A DNA stretch of 64,000 nucleotides from Psilocybe cubensis (Eukaryota). The position numbers and the translations under genes are program-made. The notes under the pieces were generated by a model. The model worked only from the letters and a program-made list of their open reading frames with translations. It ran no database searches and was not told where the DNA came from. The stretch spans positions 248,001 through 312,000 of the forward strand of contig CM038999.1 of NCBI GenBank assembly GCA_017499595.2, written 5' to 3'. This document shows, in pieces, positions 25,373 through 39,400 of this stretch (its first letter is position 1; each line of letters begins with the position of its first letter).

Positions 25373-26738
25373 GGGAGTAATAATACAACAAACTGCGGTA
25401 AATGTTGGGTAGATTGCCAGGTGCAAAGAAGGATTTGCGGTGAATTCACAACGTGTGCATTCTTGTCTTTTAAGCTGAACTGGCGGGCACTAAGGCTTCT
25501 CGTAAAGACTGAAATAAGACGATGGATGCAACATGTGCTCGCAACAGGTTGGCAGGCATGATTATTCGTAAAGTTTTTTTTAAAAAATTGTTGTTAGCTC
25601 CACGCGTATAGAGACGTTATGGGTATACTCTATACACAATGATACTATTATCTTCAGCACAGATTATGTGGAGAAAGTCACAAGTTCGATGCGGCCGCTC
25701 AGCGCTCAGCCACAAAGCAGAGAACTAAGCACCAAACCTAATTTCTTGAGAAAATACAGCTAATTCTACTCACTGCATGATCTGCTTCGAGTACATTGCG
25801 GAGAAGATGTCGCGTTTGCATGCAAAAACAGCAAGGAGTACAGTATGTCGATGTAGTTCAAATTTGTTCATCTCCTGCGGAATCTTTGGGGTAAAGACCA
25901 AGGTTGAACGCGTACAGGAACGACCTAATTGTGCATACCATACCATTTTAAACGGGTGTACTGAATCACCTGTCCACAACCTCAGCCACCAAGAATGAAC
26001 TTGTACGCATTCTCGCACGGACCCGTCGGATTATCGTCAACGGATACTTCGTCATTCTATTTTTGTCTGGACCTCCGTTGATTGAAGAAAAGCTTTTCCC
26101 ACGCTGCACCGGCACTCGTACTGATTAAGCAAAAAACTTTGTTCTCTGCGCATGAGTATTCCTTTTCTTTTTCTGGATCGGAGAGTAGCCAGTCCAGTCA
26201 ATGTGCCCAGCCTCCAGGTCACGACAGAAAGAGATCTAGAGTTGGAAAATATCCGTCGACAAGAATACGATAGCCTCCGTTATGAATGCCAACAAAGCCG
26301 GGACGGTCACGGTACGCACAGGGTGCAAATCAGAAACTTCACGAGTAGCAAGTTATTCCTATCCTAGTAAGTAGTTCGCACTACACTTTCTTCACGTACC
26401 AGTAGGCTTTAACTCCATATCAGGTTCCGCAAGAGACGCGCAAACCAAAAAAAAACTTTGAATCCCATTCACACAATAAACCTCTCCTCTGTGACATACG
26501 TCCTCCCGCAATGTACTCAAAGCAGCTCATCGTAATAACACAATAAACAAAAGGTTCACACATCAAAGGCTCTTGAAGTGTGGTGTGGCGGCACATAACG
26601 GCATGGCCAACCGACCTTCGGCATAATATTTGTACATGTTTTGACAAATGACAAACAAATAAGATCTGCACACACAGTGCCAAATCTCAACACAAACACA
26701 AACACAAACACAAGTCGGCCAAAACACAAGCCCAGCCC

Positions 26739-27584
26739 TAGGCTCGTACACCAGTCGTTTCTGACTCAGCATATTTCGAGCTCCGCTCGGTTTCGTCAGA
26801 AACGGCTGGGCCAAACGGTTCGGTTTTGGCCGAGTCACGCTTTGTCACGTCGGACTTGTTGAAATTCGAACAACTACGTCGATTGCGACCACTACCCGTC
26901 CCCCTCCCCCTCAAATTCTGAATCCTCTGAATCCTCAATAACATCGTACTCCTCCTCTATTTCCTCAAGATCCATGTCAAGGTGAAACCCTGCATGCTAG
27001 ACTCGCCCATACTGTCTGAAGCTGAAGCATGATTTGAATCTACAGAGGATGTAGAGACTGCATTTGGGACAATCTGGGTATCCAGAGGTTCACTTTTGAT
27101 GGAGGTGGGATGTGCAGGTATGTCTCTTTCATTGTCTGTTTCATCTGCAGAGACTGGGTTCATTAACCGCCCGGACCTGCCATCTAATCTTAGACGCAGT
27201 TCACCTGCGCCATGATATATGATTTTTCGGCTCAAATTACAAGTCATTTTTTTCTCAAAAAATTTTTTTTTCGTGACCTTGTAAAAATGAATTTTATTGT
27301 AAAAGAAACCTATCTAAATGATTCTGTAGACAACTTTTTTTTTAAGTTGTGGAAGGTTGTTGTTGAGGCAAATCGCGTTTTTTTCACTAAGTCCGAGTCA
27401 CAAAACGAGGATTCCCTCAAATCCGAACCGTTTGTCCCAGGCCTTCTGTGAATCTCTCTCTTTTCGCACTCCGATCAATGTTTGACGACATAAATAAAGA
27501 CAACATTTGTACAAACATATCACTCGGTACCTGCCTTATCTAGAAAAGAGACGAGATTCACAGAAGGCCTGGCTCGCGAGGCTA
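26739..27584. mobile_element. 846-bp non-autonomous DNA transposon with a 9-bp TSD (Mutator-like) and imperfect TIRs containing hairpins
   Basis: GCCCAGCCC is directly repeated at 26730-26738 and 27585-27593. Ends are TAGGCTCG... / ...CGAGGCTA. Inverted blocks CAAACGGTTCGG / CCGAACCGTTTG. No transposase ORF. Confidence 0.75.
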
Positions 27585-27639
27585 GCCCAGCCCCAGTGGT
27601 ATCTTACTAGATCTACTCATACCGGGAAGGACCAATCAG

Positions 27640-27708
27640 TTCCATAACCGAATGGATTCTCTAGGCATACATTGGTAGCTATACAAAGGCATACCTCGAC
27701 CATGAAAG
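27640..27708 (-). ncRNA. Degenerate copy of the conserved 3' element after tyrosinase 3
   Basis: Keeps GGUCGAGGUA..UACCAAUGUAU..UAGAG..UCGGUUA but has lost the outer stem and A-tract. Confidence 0.45.
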
Positions 27709-27858
27709 GATTCTGGTTATTATGGAAATGGATGTTTGGCAGGTGAGTGATCTACAAAGATGGGCGGCGGAATTTTTTGGATAAACTTAATGGAAGTAAA
27801 AAAGGAAAGGAAAGATACACATGCTTATGCATGCGCTGATGATTGATTCCTCTAGGCT

Positions 27859-29827
27859 CTATGCACCATCACGATAACCTCCGACGCGTCCACGAGTAAC
27901 TTCAGGATAGATCTTTGGTTGACCCTCCTTAGGGTATTTTGCACCGACGGTGAGGGTAATGGGCGTGCATATCACCGTCACCTTGAGTGATGTGAACCTT
28001 TGTAAGTCGAAAACTTCACCGTTGGACTATTGAGGTTGTGTTCATAAGCAAGACAACAACGTTCACTGGAATGCAAACGTACCTTCAAGACTCCCCAGCT
28101 GATGTGCTCCTTCAAGTAAGGAATGACGTTCTCGGGATCAAGGGAGTCCAAGTTCAATGTCTCCAATTTCTGGTTTATGTGTACAAATCCTTTGATTATA
28201 TCACCAGCATGAGCGGTACAGTTGGCACACTCCTCGGGCTCGGGGTTGGCAAAAACATCAAAGGTACCGGCAAAGGAGGGGTGGAACAGCCACTCCGGAT
28301 GGTCGGAGGGAACTTCTTTTGACATGAAGACGTAGACAGAGAAACTTCCCCCCACCTCGTACATTTTGCACTCAACACGGACGCTCCACTGAACCTCAGT
28401 GCTCACGATATCTGTATCTGAAACGCACAGGTTACAAGATAATTGGTGGTTTTTGCAATGGAATACTAACTTTGTTTGTCTTCTGCTAAACTTTCGCCGG
28501 ATACAGATAAATCATTGTCGTAGGTATAGTTAAATACGTCGCCGGGCTTGATGATTTCTGGAGATTGCCAATAGTCAGTTTGAGTCCTCAGGAAGGGGAG
28601 CAGATCTAACTCATATAATCAGTGTAAACAACTTGTCGATGGGAGTGACACATACCTTTGGTATCCTTGGTCCAGTCCTTGTGTACACTGTGCCAGAGGT
28701 CGACCATACGATCGACTTGAGCGTGATGGAGATAGAAAATTGGATCGAAAGCTTTGTTGACCTAATGTCAGTATTGGATCGAGGCGACAATGTTCTCAGT
28801 CAATGTACCTGAAACCTGAAGATGTGACATGTTGCCATTCGGCCCTCCCGAATGAAAATGCATTGTGCCATGAATGAACTCCAATCCAACCGTTGTCTCG
28901 CTTCCGAGTACAAACTCGTTCCAATTTGTGATTGAAAAGAGCCTCTTAACGTTGTTTTCGACTTGACTGCCTATTGATTTAAGGCTCCTGTGATACAGAA
29001 CATAATTTTAGAGGCGACATAACATATCAGGAAAGGAAAAGAGAAGATAAACGCACTTATTCAGCAGAATAGGCTGACTTTTACCCGAAGCATCAGGGTA
29101 GCGTGCAGTACGCGGCCAGACATTGAAGGGGTACGCGAACACCGAATTTTCACCCGCTGGATATGCGTATGTCAAGAATGGGTTTGGAACAGACACACGT
29201 GCCAGATTGTCGGGTTTGATAATTTCAACTGTAGGCGACGTTGTGACCTGCGCCGGTAGAGTCATTGTTTCAACTTTATCCCATCCCCAATAGGGTTGGC
29301 GCAACTCCGCTGCTATTGCCTCCCAGGCTGGGCGATCATGCGTGTATGTCGCCGCAATGTTGCGTGCGTGCCTTTGTATTTCTTGCTGTGAATATTTTCA
29401 TCAATACCAAATACGCATAAATTGCAAAAAAAAAGAAAAAATAGAAAGATATACCTCAAAAAGAGCGAGGTACGGTCGATGCCATGTCGGGAATATCTCT
29501 GTATTGTGTGCGCAAAAGCCGCGACCATTTTCGCTTGAAGTGCCGTTCCACTCGACATAAGGCTGGCCATGAATGCCCGCAATTTGCCAATAGGACGTCA
29601 CATCTTCTTTATGTTGGTCATAAATTTGTTCTGTTGCATCGGTGTTATGCAAGGTCAGCGCCTTCGTAGGTATGCACATCATCAGAACACTCACGCAGTG
29701 CTTGTACGTATAGTGAGAACTGGCGAATATGTTCGACAAATGTGGAGATTTCGAGTCTGGGAGGTGGGTTTTGACCAGCCGGTAGCCGAGGCATAACACC
29801 TTCCACAAGGATACGATGAGGCTCCAT
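27859..29827 (-). CDS. Tyrosinase / polyphenol oxidase paralog 3
   Basis: GIHG...[27 protein letters not shown]...[24 protein letters not shown]. Confidence 0.95.
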
Positions 29828-30480
29828 CGAAATAATAGTATGAAAAGTAGAGACTATTGAGGGGATTGATGACTGTGAATCGAGGGGCGATGAATACTCA
29901 AGGTGTGTATCCGCCTGCTTTTAAGCTGTATTCGAGCATACTCTTTCCCAAATATCACATTCTTGCAAGACATCGAAGAATCGCACAATACAGCATGTGG
30001 ACGCATATAATTGTCAGGCGGAACCTTGCTAGCCCATTTTGGGCAGTCTCTATTTAAATATAACAACACTAAAGAGGATCGTGGCACTCCGTCCACAGCT
30101 TCGCGTCTTATCTTGCGATAAAGCCCCTTCAAATCTGCGAATAATCCTCATGTTAAGCTGCCTGACGGCGCGTCCAGTACTGAAATGTCATTGCTTTAAT
30201 TCCCCAAAATCGTAAAGTATGGAATCTTCACTTCAGACAACAAAAATAAATCTTTGTCCAATAATACTATCTGAAGGTGGCCTGTATGTTCCTAAGAATA
30301 AGCGTGTGATGTGTTATCAGATCGATATTGAACTACTCCTCAATCACTCTCTTGAGGGACAGAAAATATAGAAATGTAATGGTATTTAACTCTCGGTGAT
30401 GCTATATATTGGCCGACACAAAACCAACTATACGTCCGTTCTTTGAAAAAATCTTTCTACAGTCATTTCATGCTATCACG

Positions 30481-30650
30481 AATCCGCTTGAGATTTTAAG
30501 CTGTTCGGTTGAATGAGGAAACCATGACCTGCTTTTAAAGATTTATCTCGAAGTTTTTTCCACAGCTATTCCATTATCGCCATAAATCCGCTTCAGATTT
30601 TACGCTGTTCGGTTGAATGACCCAAGATATGCTTTTAAAAGATTTAATCT
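30481..30650. repeat. Imperfect tandem duplication with a ~104-bp period
   Basis: AATCCGCTT(G/C)AGATTTTA(A/C)GCTGTTCGGTTGAATGA...TGCTTTTAAA occurs at 30481 and 30585. Confidence 0.75.
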
Positions 30651-31899
30651 GAAATCCGTGCTGTGTCTGATGATCGTCCACGCATGCGCGTGGGCAGCCT
30701 GCAACACGATTTGCACTACATTATACATACTTCCTCGAGCTCGCCGTTTCCATGCTAACACGCTATCTGGTTATCTTCCGTGAAAACCTTGTGGTGTTGA
30801 TGTTCTAGCGCGTTTCGAAAGGCCCATACTCCGTCCTCTCCAGGCTCCAGGAAAGACGATTCGTTCGTGATAATTTTCCACCTAAAATGTCTAGTGACCG
30901 GACTTAAATCTGGTGTTAAACTAGCTGCCAGCAGCGATGAGTGCGGGTGTGATGCACATCTGTACTTTTTTTTTCGCTCCTCTTGTTCGGGAGACACTCA
31001 CTCGCTCACTTAATTAAACGCCAGCAGTTTTGTCCATACACCCGGGTCTACGTACCCCGCTATCTATTACATATGTCCACCTCAGCTCTCAGTTGTCAGT
31101 TCTGGATACCAACTCGGACAACAGACAACGGACAACGTGTGTGTAAGATAATTTCGTACAGATGAACTAGTACAGATTTGTATTATTCTTAGAGACAACA
31201 GCAAAGCTACCAAGGTAATATAAGACGTCGATCCTGTTCTTCCTTCCAATGCACTTGGGTCGGCTGGCTGGACTCATAAAGCGCTTTAAGGCATACTATG
31301 AAAGGTGCATTGTATGGAAGCGGTGAGTGGATCAAGGGCGTGTGAATGGATATGCTGAGGGGGGCTGGAATGCCCGTCCGTGTGGGTAGTTTGCTTCCAT
31401 CAATGTCGATTGAGGGCGTGAACTACGTCAAGCCCTGAAGCTTGAAGCTTGAAGGGAGAGTCGCACATCGGGACGATGGGAGATCCATAGCACACAGCCG
31501 GTGTCAAAGTAGTTAGCGTACTTACAGGGATCAACAAACAACAACTTGAAGGACAAATTGCAATGTCAATGTGTAAATGTGTTAATGTGTCAATGTGTGG
31601 TTCTCGAATCTCGTTTTGGGTATACACCTACCTATAAATAGTAATTATAAATAGTACGTACCAATATGGGTGGTGATGGGTGCGCTGCGTTGGGCATCTT
31701 GACACGATCTGTACTGTGGCTGGGTGTGATGTGATGTGCCAGTGTCCATCGGTGCCTTGGACCTTGGCTCTTCGCCCTTCAAGCTTTCAAATTTCAAGCT
31801 ATCAAGCTTCAAGCTTCAAGGGCCACTGGCATTTCCTGTCCAAACACCTCATTTCCGAGAATGATCTTTCCAGGATTGTCTCGAGTCCCACTGAGCCAG

Positions 31900-34800
31900 A
31901 CACAGTCAAGTAATATAAACACACACACACACATTGACACACACACACACGAGAAAAAGAAAAAGAAACGAAATGAAATAAGCACAATCACATAGTCAGT
32001 CAGTCAGAAAAAAATTAAATCATCAATCAAACAAAACCAACAACGCCAACAAACAAAAAAAAACCAAACGCGGTTTTCTTAAAAAAAACAGAGTATGTAG
32101 AACTTGAAACAAGTAAAGAGAAAACGGTAAAAAGTAATAGAAAACGGTACCAAAAAAGAAAAAAAAAAGAAGAAGAAAGAACAGGCTAGCAACACCGCTC
32201 CCGCCACTATCAATAGCGTATCTTATGATAAGATATCATGTCTCCTAACTCTACCCTACCCCTTCCTATCCATTAAACACCTTTAACCATTCCCCCTTCT
32301 GCCCAATTTTGAATCACCACGCATCACGCATCACGCATCACGCATCAACAGCCATCGGCGCATCCGCGTCCGCGTCCGCATGTGCATCTTGTTCGTCTTC
32401 CCCAGCAGCAGCAGCAGCAGTGGGAGCGGCAGCAGCAGCAGCGGTGGAGGCGGCGGTACCTAAAAAAAAAGAGAAAAAAAACAGCAAACAAAGACACGTT
32501 AGTGTCGAGACGCTCGAAAACCAAACAAACGAAAAAAAAGGAAAGGAAAGAAGACGTACCATCCCCATTCAAATCCAACCCCTTGGCAGTCTTCGTCACA
32601 GCCTCCTCTCCTCCCTGACCCTCGGCCTCCTCCTTATTCTTCTTCGCCTCCTCCTGATTCTTATTACTTTCCTCTTCCACATCCATCTTCGCCGCGTCCA
32701 CCGTACCCTCCTCAGCAGAAGCAGCAGCAGTGGTCGGCGCAGGTTGCTCAGCTACAGCTACAGCTTCACCTTCATGCTCATGTTCAGGCTCGCCCTCCGC
32801 ATCACCCATCTCAACATCCTGCTCGCCCTCCGCATCCTGCTCTTTACTCTCCTTCTCCTTCTCCTTCTCTTTTTCTTTTTCCTTGGTATCCTTCCCATTC
32901 ACCCCTCTACCCCCTTTCTCCTTTTCCTTCTTCTCCTTCTCCTCCTTCTTCTCCCCAGCCCCAGCCCCAACCTCCTTACCTCCCTCCTCCGCACCCGCAC
33001 CCGCGCCAGCAGCACCCCGATTCGCATTCAAAATCGCATGCCACTTATCCACCAACCCCTTCGCGCGCGCACGGAACTTGTACTCCGAGTCCCTCGGGGG
33101 CATCTTATCGTCCGGGAGCGCGGCAATGTGGCGCATTACTTTACCGATCTTTGAGAACTTTTTTTGTTTCGACGGTGAGAGTGGGACGTGGATGAAGTTG
33201 GATAAGATACAAATGGGAAATGGGAAATGGGAAATGGGGGGGAAACGCGTAGCAGTGAAATATGCAGCAAAGTAAAAAAAAAAAAAAAAAAAAAAGGGGC
33301 AAAACCGTCAGATCTCACTTCCAAAATATAAAATAAGAAAAACCAAGACTTACCTGCAACTGTTCAATCGTCATCTCCTCATACGTCTCAACAGTCGTGA
33401 AAAGCTGATCAATCTCAGCCATAGCCTAAATAAACCATAAATCACAGTCAACTCCCAAAATTCCCAAAATTTCCAAATTTAAAATTTTAAAAAACAAAAA
33501 AGGGGCACGCACCTCGGGTTTGGCAACAGCTTTTGCGCTCAAAAATGTTTTCTGGAGTTTATGTCTCCAATCGCGGACTTTCATCGAGAGCGGGTCGCCA
33601 GTTTTACCTGAATTTGCGTTCAAGTGTCAGCATGTCAAGTGTATCAAAGAACGCAAAAAAGAAAGATCGTTAAAAAAAAGGAAAGAAGAAATGACAGGAA
33701 AAAAAGACAAAAAAGACGAAAAAAAACAGGAAAACAAGAAAACAGGAAAAACAGAAAAACCAGAAAAAAAACAAAAACAAAAACAAAACAAAAAACAGAA
33801 AGAAAGAACACGCACTGTCATCTGCATCTTCCTCTTTATCGCGGCGGGCCTTCTTCGCAGGGGGCGGCGAAGGTTTCTCCGTTTCCTTCTTATAACTCGA
33901 TCCCGATCCTACACCATCCCCCTTAGCCTTAGCCTTACCCCCACCCCCACCCATACCATCCGCAGCATCCACCTCCGCGCCCTCCGCATCATCCTCCGAC
34001 TCAACATTCATCTTCGACTTGGCTCCGTTCTTCCGCCCTTTCCCACCAGACTTTACCGACGACGCGTTCGCGTTGTTGTTGTTGGTGGTGTTAGCTGACG
34101 ACTTTTTCGCTGCGCCCGCGGGGGTAGTGGAAGATGAGACAGGCTCCGCGCTGTCCTTCTTCGCTTTCGCGCTCTTCTTAGCGGGCTTGGACACACCCTC
34201 TCCAGCCTCACTCTCCCTCTCCCTCTTCCTCTTCTTCCCCGCCATACCCTTCTTCTTCCCCCCTTCCCCCTCCCCATCCACCCCATTCTCTACTCCCTCA
34301 CCCCCCTCGGCACCCTCACTCTCAAGCTGATCGACCTGCGCATTCTCCTCGGCCTCCTGCATCGCCTGCGCGGCCTCGAGCCGCTTGAGCATCCACGCCT
34401 TCGGGTCGCGCGCGATGCGGTACCCCTCGCGCAGCTCGCCGTTGCGCTTCTTCGTCTCGTCCGCGAGGAACGCGTCGATTTCGTGCGGTTTCAGCGCGGA
34501 CATGTCTTTGGCGTGCAGCCAGGCGCTGTTAGGTTGCATGGTTAGCTTTTTGTGTATGAGTTTGGGGGTGGGGAGTGGATTCGTGGTGGGGTTTGGGTGG
34601 ATTGGGAAGGGTTGGGATAGGATAGGATGGGGGAGGAGGAGAAAGGGGTAGAGGAAGGGAAAGCAAAGAAAGACACGAGACACGTACTAGTCACCAGTAG
34701 GGAAAAACAGCACACAATGGAACGTCGCCTTCTTGCCGGGCGGATGCTCGCTCTGCACCGCGGGCGGCGCGGACGCAGGATCGACGACCTAGACGACAGC

Positions 34801-36450
34801 AAGCGAGCATGACAAACGCAACATCATCAGTAACCTGTGCATATTCACATTCATACCATGCATGGTTGACCCCCTGCCCCGGTCGCTGCCCCCCCCCCCT
34901 ACGTATCGCTATCGCCCGCATCACAAGCACGATGCGTCAAGCGCGCTTTTTGGCGTTTGTAATGGGTGATATGGGCAGCGGCAGCAGCAGCGGGAGGCGG
35001 GAGGCAGGAAGAAATGCGGAAGGCGGAAGGCGGAAGAAAAAAAGTAAAAGCAAAAGCAAAAGAAACTCACAACGCCAGGCCACGGTGGATATCCGCGAAT
35101 TTTTCCAAGGACGGGGTCGCCCGTCTCATACTGCCGAAACTCCTTCGTAGCCTTTGTCGATTTCTTGCTCATCGTGTCGTGCTTCTCTCGTTCTCGTTCT
35201 CGTTCTCGTTCTCGTTGTCTTGTCTCTTGTCTCTTGTCTTGGCTCTTGTCTGGTGTTGCTTCAGCGTTAACGTTCAACAACGGCAACGGCCTATCTCAGC
35301 TCTGTTATGTTTCTCGTGTCCGTGTCTGTTGAGTCTGTCTCTTGCAGGATATCTGCGTATTCGAAGGTGGTGGGTGGTGATGGCGGTTACCAAAGACGCC
35401 CCAGCACGGAAGGTAGCGGATGGATGGATGGACGGTACGACGACGACGACGACGACGACGAGGAATCGAAATCGAAATCGAAACCGGATTCGAAACCCCA
35501 AACCGGAAGCGGTGGAGGAGATATAAAAAAAAAGCCTCTCAAAAAAAGGGGGAGGTCGGTATGTAACCCAGCAACGTGGGCTAAGAAAAGAGAGCAAGGA
35601 GTTTTGACGGTTCCTAAGCGAGGTGCAGGTGCAGCAGAAAAGCGAACCTTTTGCGGGTTTGTGGGTTTGTGGTTTGTGGTTTGCTTTCAACCCGCGGCAC
35701 AAATTCATCCCACCTCCCACACTCCCACACCCCCCTCTCGCGGGACATGTGACTTGTTTATCTTTCCCACGCGGTCCGTGCGTTCTTCGCCCCCTTTCAA
35801 GTTTCAATGGTGTATAAACTATAATGACGATGATGATGGTGGGTGGTGTTGTGTGAAATGTAAGTGTAAGTATGAAATGTGAAGATATGGCATTGGATGC
35901 GTTATTGCGTGCAGGGCAGTGTCAAAGGGAACACATACAAAACAACGGTGTGCTGTCCTGTATTATACTAATGTATTGTATCTACAGTACATGATGTACA
36001 TGTACCCCGATCACCGAGGGGTCTCTTGGAAGAGCGAAGAGCGAAGTGCATCAGGTCTTCTATTAGTATTATGAATTATCATCCCAGTTCCCGAGCTTCA
36101 GCTTCAAGCTTCAAGCTTCAAGCTTCAACCACTTTCCAATGTACACGCTCTCGCTCCGCTACGTGTGGTCATATAGATTATTTAGAAGAATATGTAGATA
36201 AGAAACTCGATGAGATTCCGAATAGTCAAGGTAAGTCAAGTCAAGTCAAGTTTATCCACAGAGCCCAAACGTTTGTTCTTTGATAAAACAAGAAAACAAG
36301 GGGGGGGAAAAGAAAAAGAAAGAAAGAAGAATGAATGAATGAATGAAAAAAAGAATGAAAAAAAGAAAAAAAGCAAAAGAAAGAAAGAACGAAAGAAAAA
36401 GAAAACGGCGTCGGTGTCCGCGTCGGCGTTGCATTAGATGCGGTTATGAC
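31900..36450. repeat. Region dense in homopolymers and microsatellites (introns and flanks of the PWWP gene)
   Basis: Long A tracts and (CA)n, (GCA)n, (GAC)n, (TTCTCG)n, (GAAT)n and (AGCTTCA)n runs. Confidence 0.85.
32338..35172 (-). CDS. PWWP-domain chromatin protein with a C-terminal TFIIS-N/IBD-like helical domain (Pdp3-like)
   Basis: N-terminus GDPVLGKIRGYPPWPG; C-terminal KVRDWRHKLQKTFL...KIGKVMRHIAAL...FRARAKGLVDKWHAIL; K/E/G/A-rich linkers. The last exon is approximate. Confidence 0.85.
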
Positions 36451-39400
36451 GTGTAGTACACAACAGAAAGAGATGAACATGATGACGCAAAGTCGCCTTG
36501 CCCTCAACATCGGCGTCCGCGGTCCGATTATCGTCATCACCCCTCCAAAAAAATATAAAGACACTCCGTGACTCACCACACGTCCATTAACAATTAACCA
36601 TAAACCATGGATGCTGGACGCCAACAGCAACCATTGAAATTTGAGCTCAAAATCAGATATCTTTAAATTTCACGCACTAGCAGTAGCACAGGTGTCAATC
36701 AAGCTGGTGATTTCACTCCCTGGCACAGTGATCACCAACCGTTGAATTCAAAAATTGGTTTTATTTTATATTTTATTGACATTGGTAGCACATAAATAAG
36801 TAGGCCTGTCCACTGGGATGCTAGGGTGACGAGCAGATTTCATTCATAATTAAATATAGGGTGGGAAGATAATTAGGGCTCCGATCTTTTTTTCACCTTC
36901 AAGTTTATGCCGAGCCATTGCCGGCTCTGAATCACAAATCACAAATCGTTTCATTCCTCGCGCAGTGCAAAAAGTGAAGAATGCCAAATTCGTACACCAG
37001 CTCAAATTCAAAGATCTACATAAAAGCCGAGTAATTGCCGGCCCATTATTAATATTAGTACGTTTCACTGGCAGTGGATCTATCATCTTGCCCAATGAAA
37101 CGGCCAAAAAATAAAATCGCACATTTCAATCCCCGATCCCCAATTCAAAATGCCGATTGATCGCCGAATCATTAAGCCCTCTGTACCTGTACGAATTGAA
37201 TGAATATTCCATCTCTCTGAATCCATCCCATGAAAACTGCTACAACAACGCCCTGTAGCTCATATCCTATATCCCATACCCATCTCGCGCTCACACACTA
37301 CACTCACACACTATACTCACACTCTACCAAACTTTACATTCAACCCCAAAAAGCAGATACACTCAGCTACATTCACATTCCAGGCCTCCACCAAAAGAAC
37401 ACTTCTGCTGTACACGTACAACAACCCCAATTTTTTATCACAACACAGGAGCCTTCTTTTAAAAAAGAATATCGCCACATCACCGACAATATTACAACAC
37501 CTTGAACCGCCAAAATGTAGTCTACAACTCCCAACTCCATCAAAATCCCAGTACAATGAATGTTGAACAACCAGTGTGCGTTGTACGTTAACTTGTGGGA
37601 TACACCATCTCCTCGACTGCATATTCAATTTAAAAATGATTCAGATAATGACGAATTAGAAGAAAAGAAAATGAAATGAATTAATTTACTACAAAAAAAT
37701 CCAGAACATTTACTAGTACGTGGCCGATTCAGAATTGGGAGAGTGGGCACAACACTGAATACCTTTTGCTAGTGTGTTAATACTCTACTCTAGTTTTAGC
37801 CATTAGCTCTAAGCTATCTGATTTCATATTATTGGTGTTTCCCGGTAGACAACAGTGGTTCTGAGGACCGACTTGGTACAAATATTCCACCAGGAGGACG
37901 TAAACGGTAGAAGTGAAAAGCGAGTCGTACACTTGCATAAAAGCTCGTCATACTGACACTTGCGCTGTTGTAATGGTAGGATAGGATATGTCTTGAACAA
38001 ACAATATCAATGCGCCGTGCCATCTATTCTGTTTCCTCAGACGTAGACATGGTGGTACTCAAATATGTGACATTAAGTAAAATAAGGAAACCTCTCCAGA
38101 ACACAACTCGGAGAAGTGCAAAAACAAAAACAAAGTCTTGGTGCAGGTCATCCAGGAGACACGCTGAGCACACGGGCATGTTCTGCAGAAGTTCAACACC
38201 AAATGTCTTCTCTGAATGGCGAGGGAGTGTGTCGAGTCAGTTGACATTGTGATCTATAATACTCTGACAGGGGCTCTTATTTTACTCAGGGGCGGTGAGG
38301 AAGCCGTAATTTCCGCAGCGTGGGCTACTCGCGGACGATCATCAGACCAAGGCACATCACCCACTTCAAAGTTCGAAATAAGTCTTTAAAAGTCTTTGAA
38401 ATCGTTTGTTTTATTCTCAATAATAGCAAACCACGTTACAGTGCATTCAGCTGAACAATGTACAAGCATATTCATATGGAAATGAAAAGCTCTTGAACGG
38501 TGTCCTCAAAGAATGTACCGGATTGTGCTAGCTAATAAGTCAGACAAAGAAAATCTCGTTGAAGGTCTAGCGATGCCACGGCGCTTCTATATTTCCTATG
38601 TCCAAGAAGGGCAATGGTCAGTAGTTCAATATAGATTTGAGTTTGAGCAACATTCTCAGTTTTAGGACCAGGTAGGCCGCCTTGTGATTGAACGTTGAAC
38701 GTTGAACCATTATTGGACAAAGATATAATTTCTGTTGTTTGCATTGAAGATTCAGTATTGTGCACTGAAGATTGAAGAAATACCGTCGTAATACTGGACG
38801 CATCTAGCAGTGTAATATATAAAGTATCCAACTATCAAACCACAGCTGAACCGCCGCGTTCGTGAAAAGATGTTCTCATAGAACGCACGTGTATTTAATA
38901 ATGGTGCCCAACATACAAACATACATCCTCTCACTGAAGGTCTGGACATGCCACGGTGCTTCCGTATTTCCTGTGCCCAAGAACGGAAATGGCGAGTAAT
39001 TCAATAAAAATTCGAGTTCACACCCCACGTTCATTTGTAGGAACAAGAAGGACCTATAATTATAGCATTGAGCAAGGATTCAAGTTTCTTGTTATATGCG
39101 TTGAAGACTCCGTATTTTACGATACTGGGCATCGAAGAAGTAGAAATTTGCAGCACTGGACACATGCAGCATAATATACAGATTAATCACACTTTTGAAG
39201 GAACTTCATTACAGAACAGACCGTGAAGCTGTACCCAGGGTGCTACAAGTTTCTCCGGTGTTGATACAACAGCGGAAACCCAAGATGGTTAACGGAGAAT
39301 TCAGCCTGTCAATGTCATGCGTGTACAAACAGCACATTGACATTGGAAGTTTGTTCAATAACTCCCAAGTGCGTGGTGGATTGGGAAAGAGCACAGTCAA

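Noticed and set aside
11280-29827. Transcription factor, amidohydrolase and tyrosinases as a secondary-metabolite cluster
   Set aside because: There is no backbone enzyme or transporter in the window, and proximity alone is not evidence.
32309-35882. Long plus-strand ORFs such as 32309..33154 and 33520..34098
   Set aside because: They are antisense shadows of the low-complexity PWWP gene and its microsatellites.
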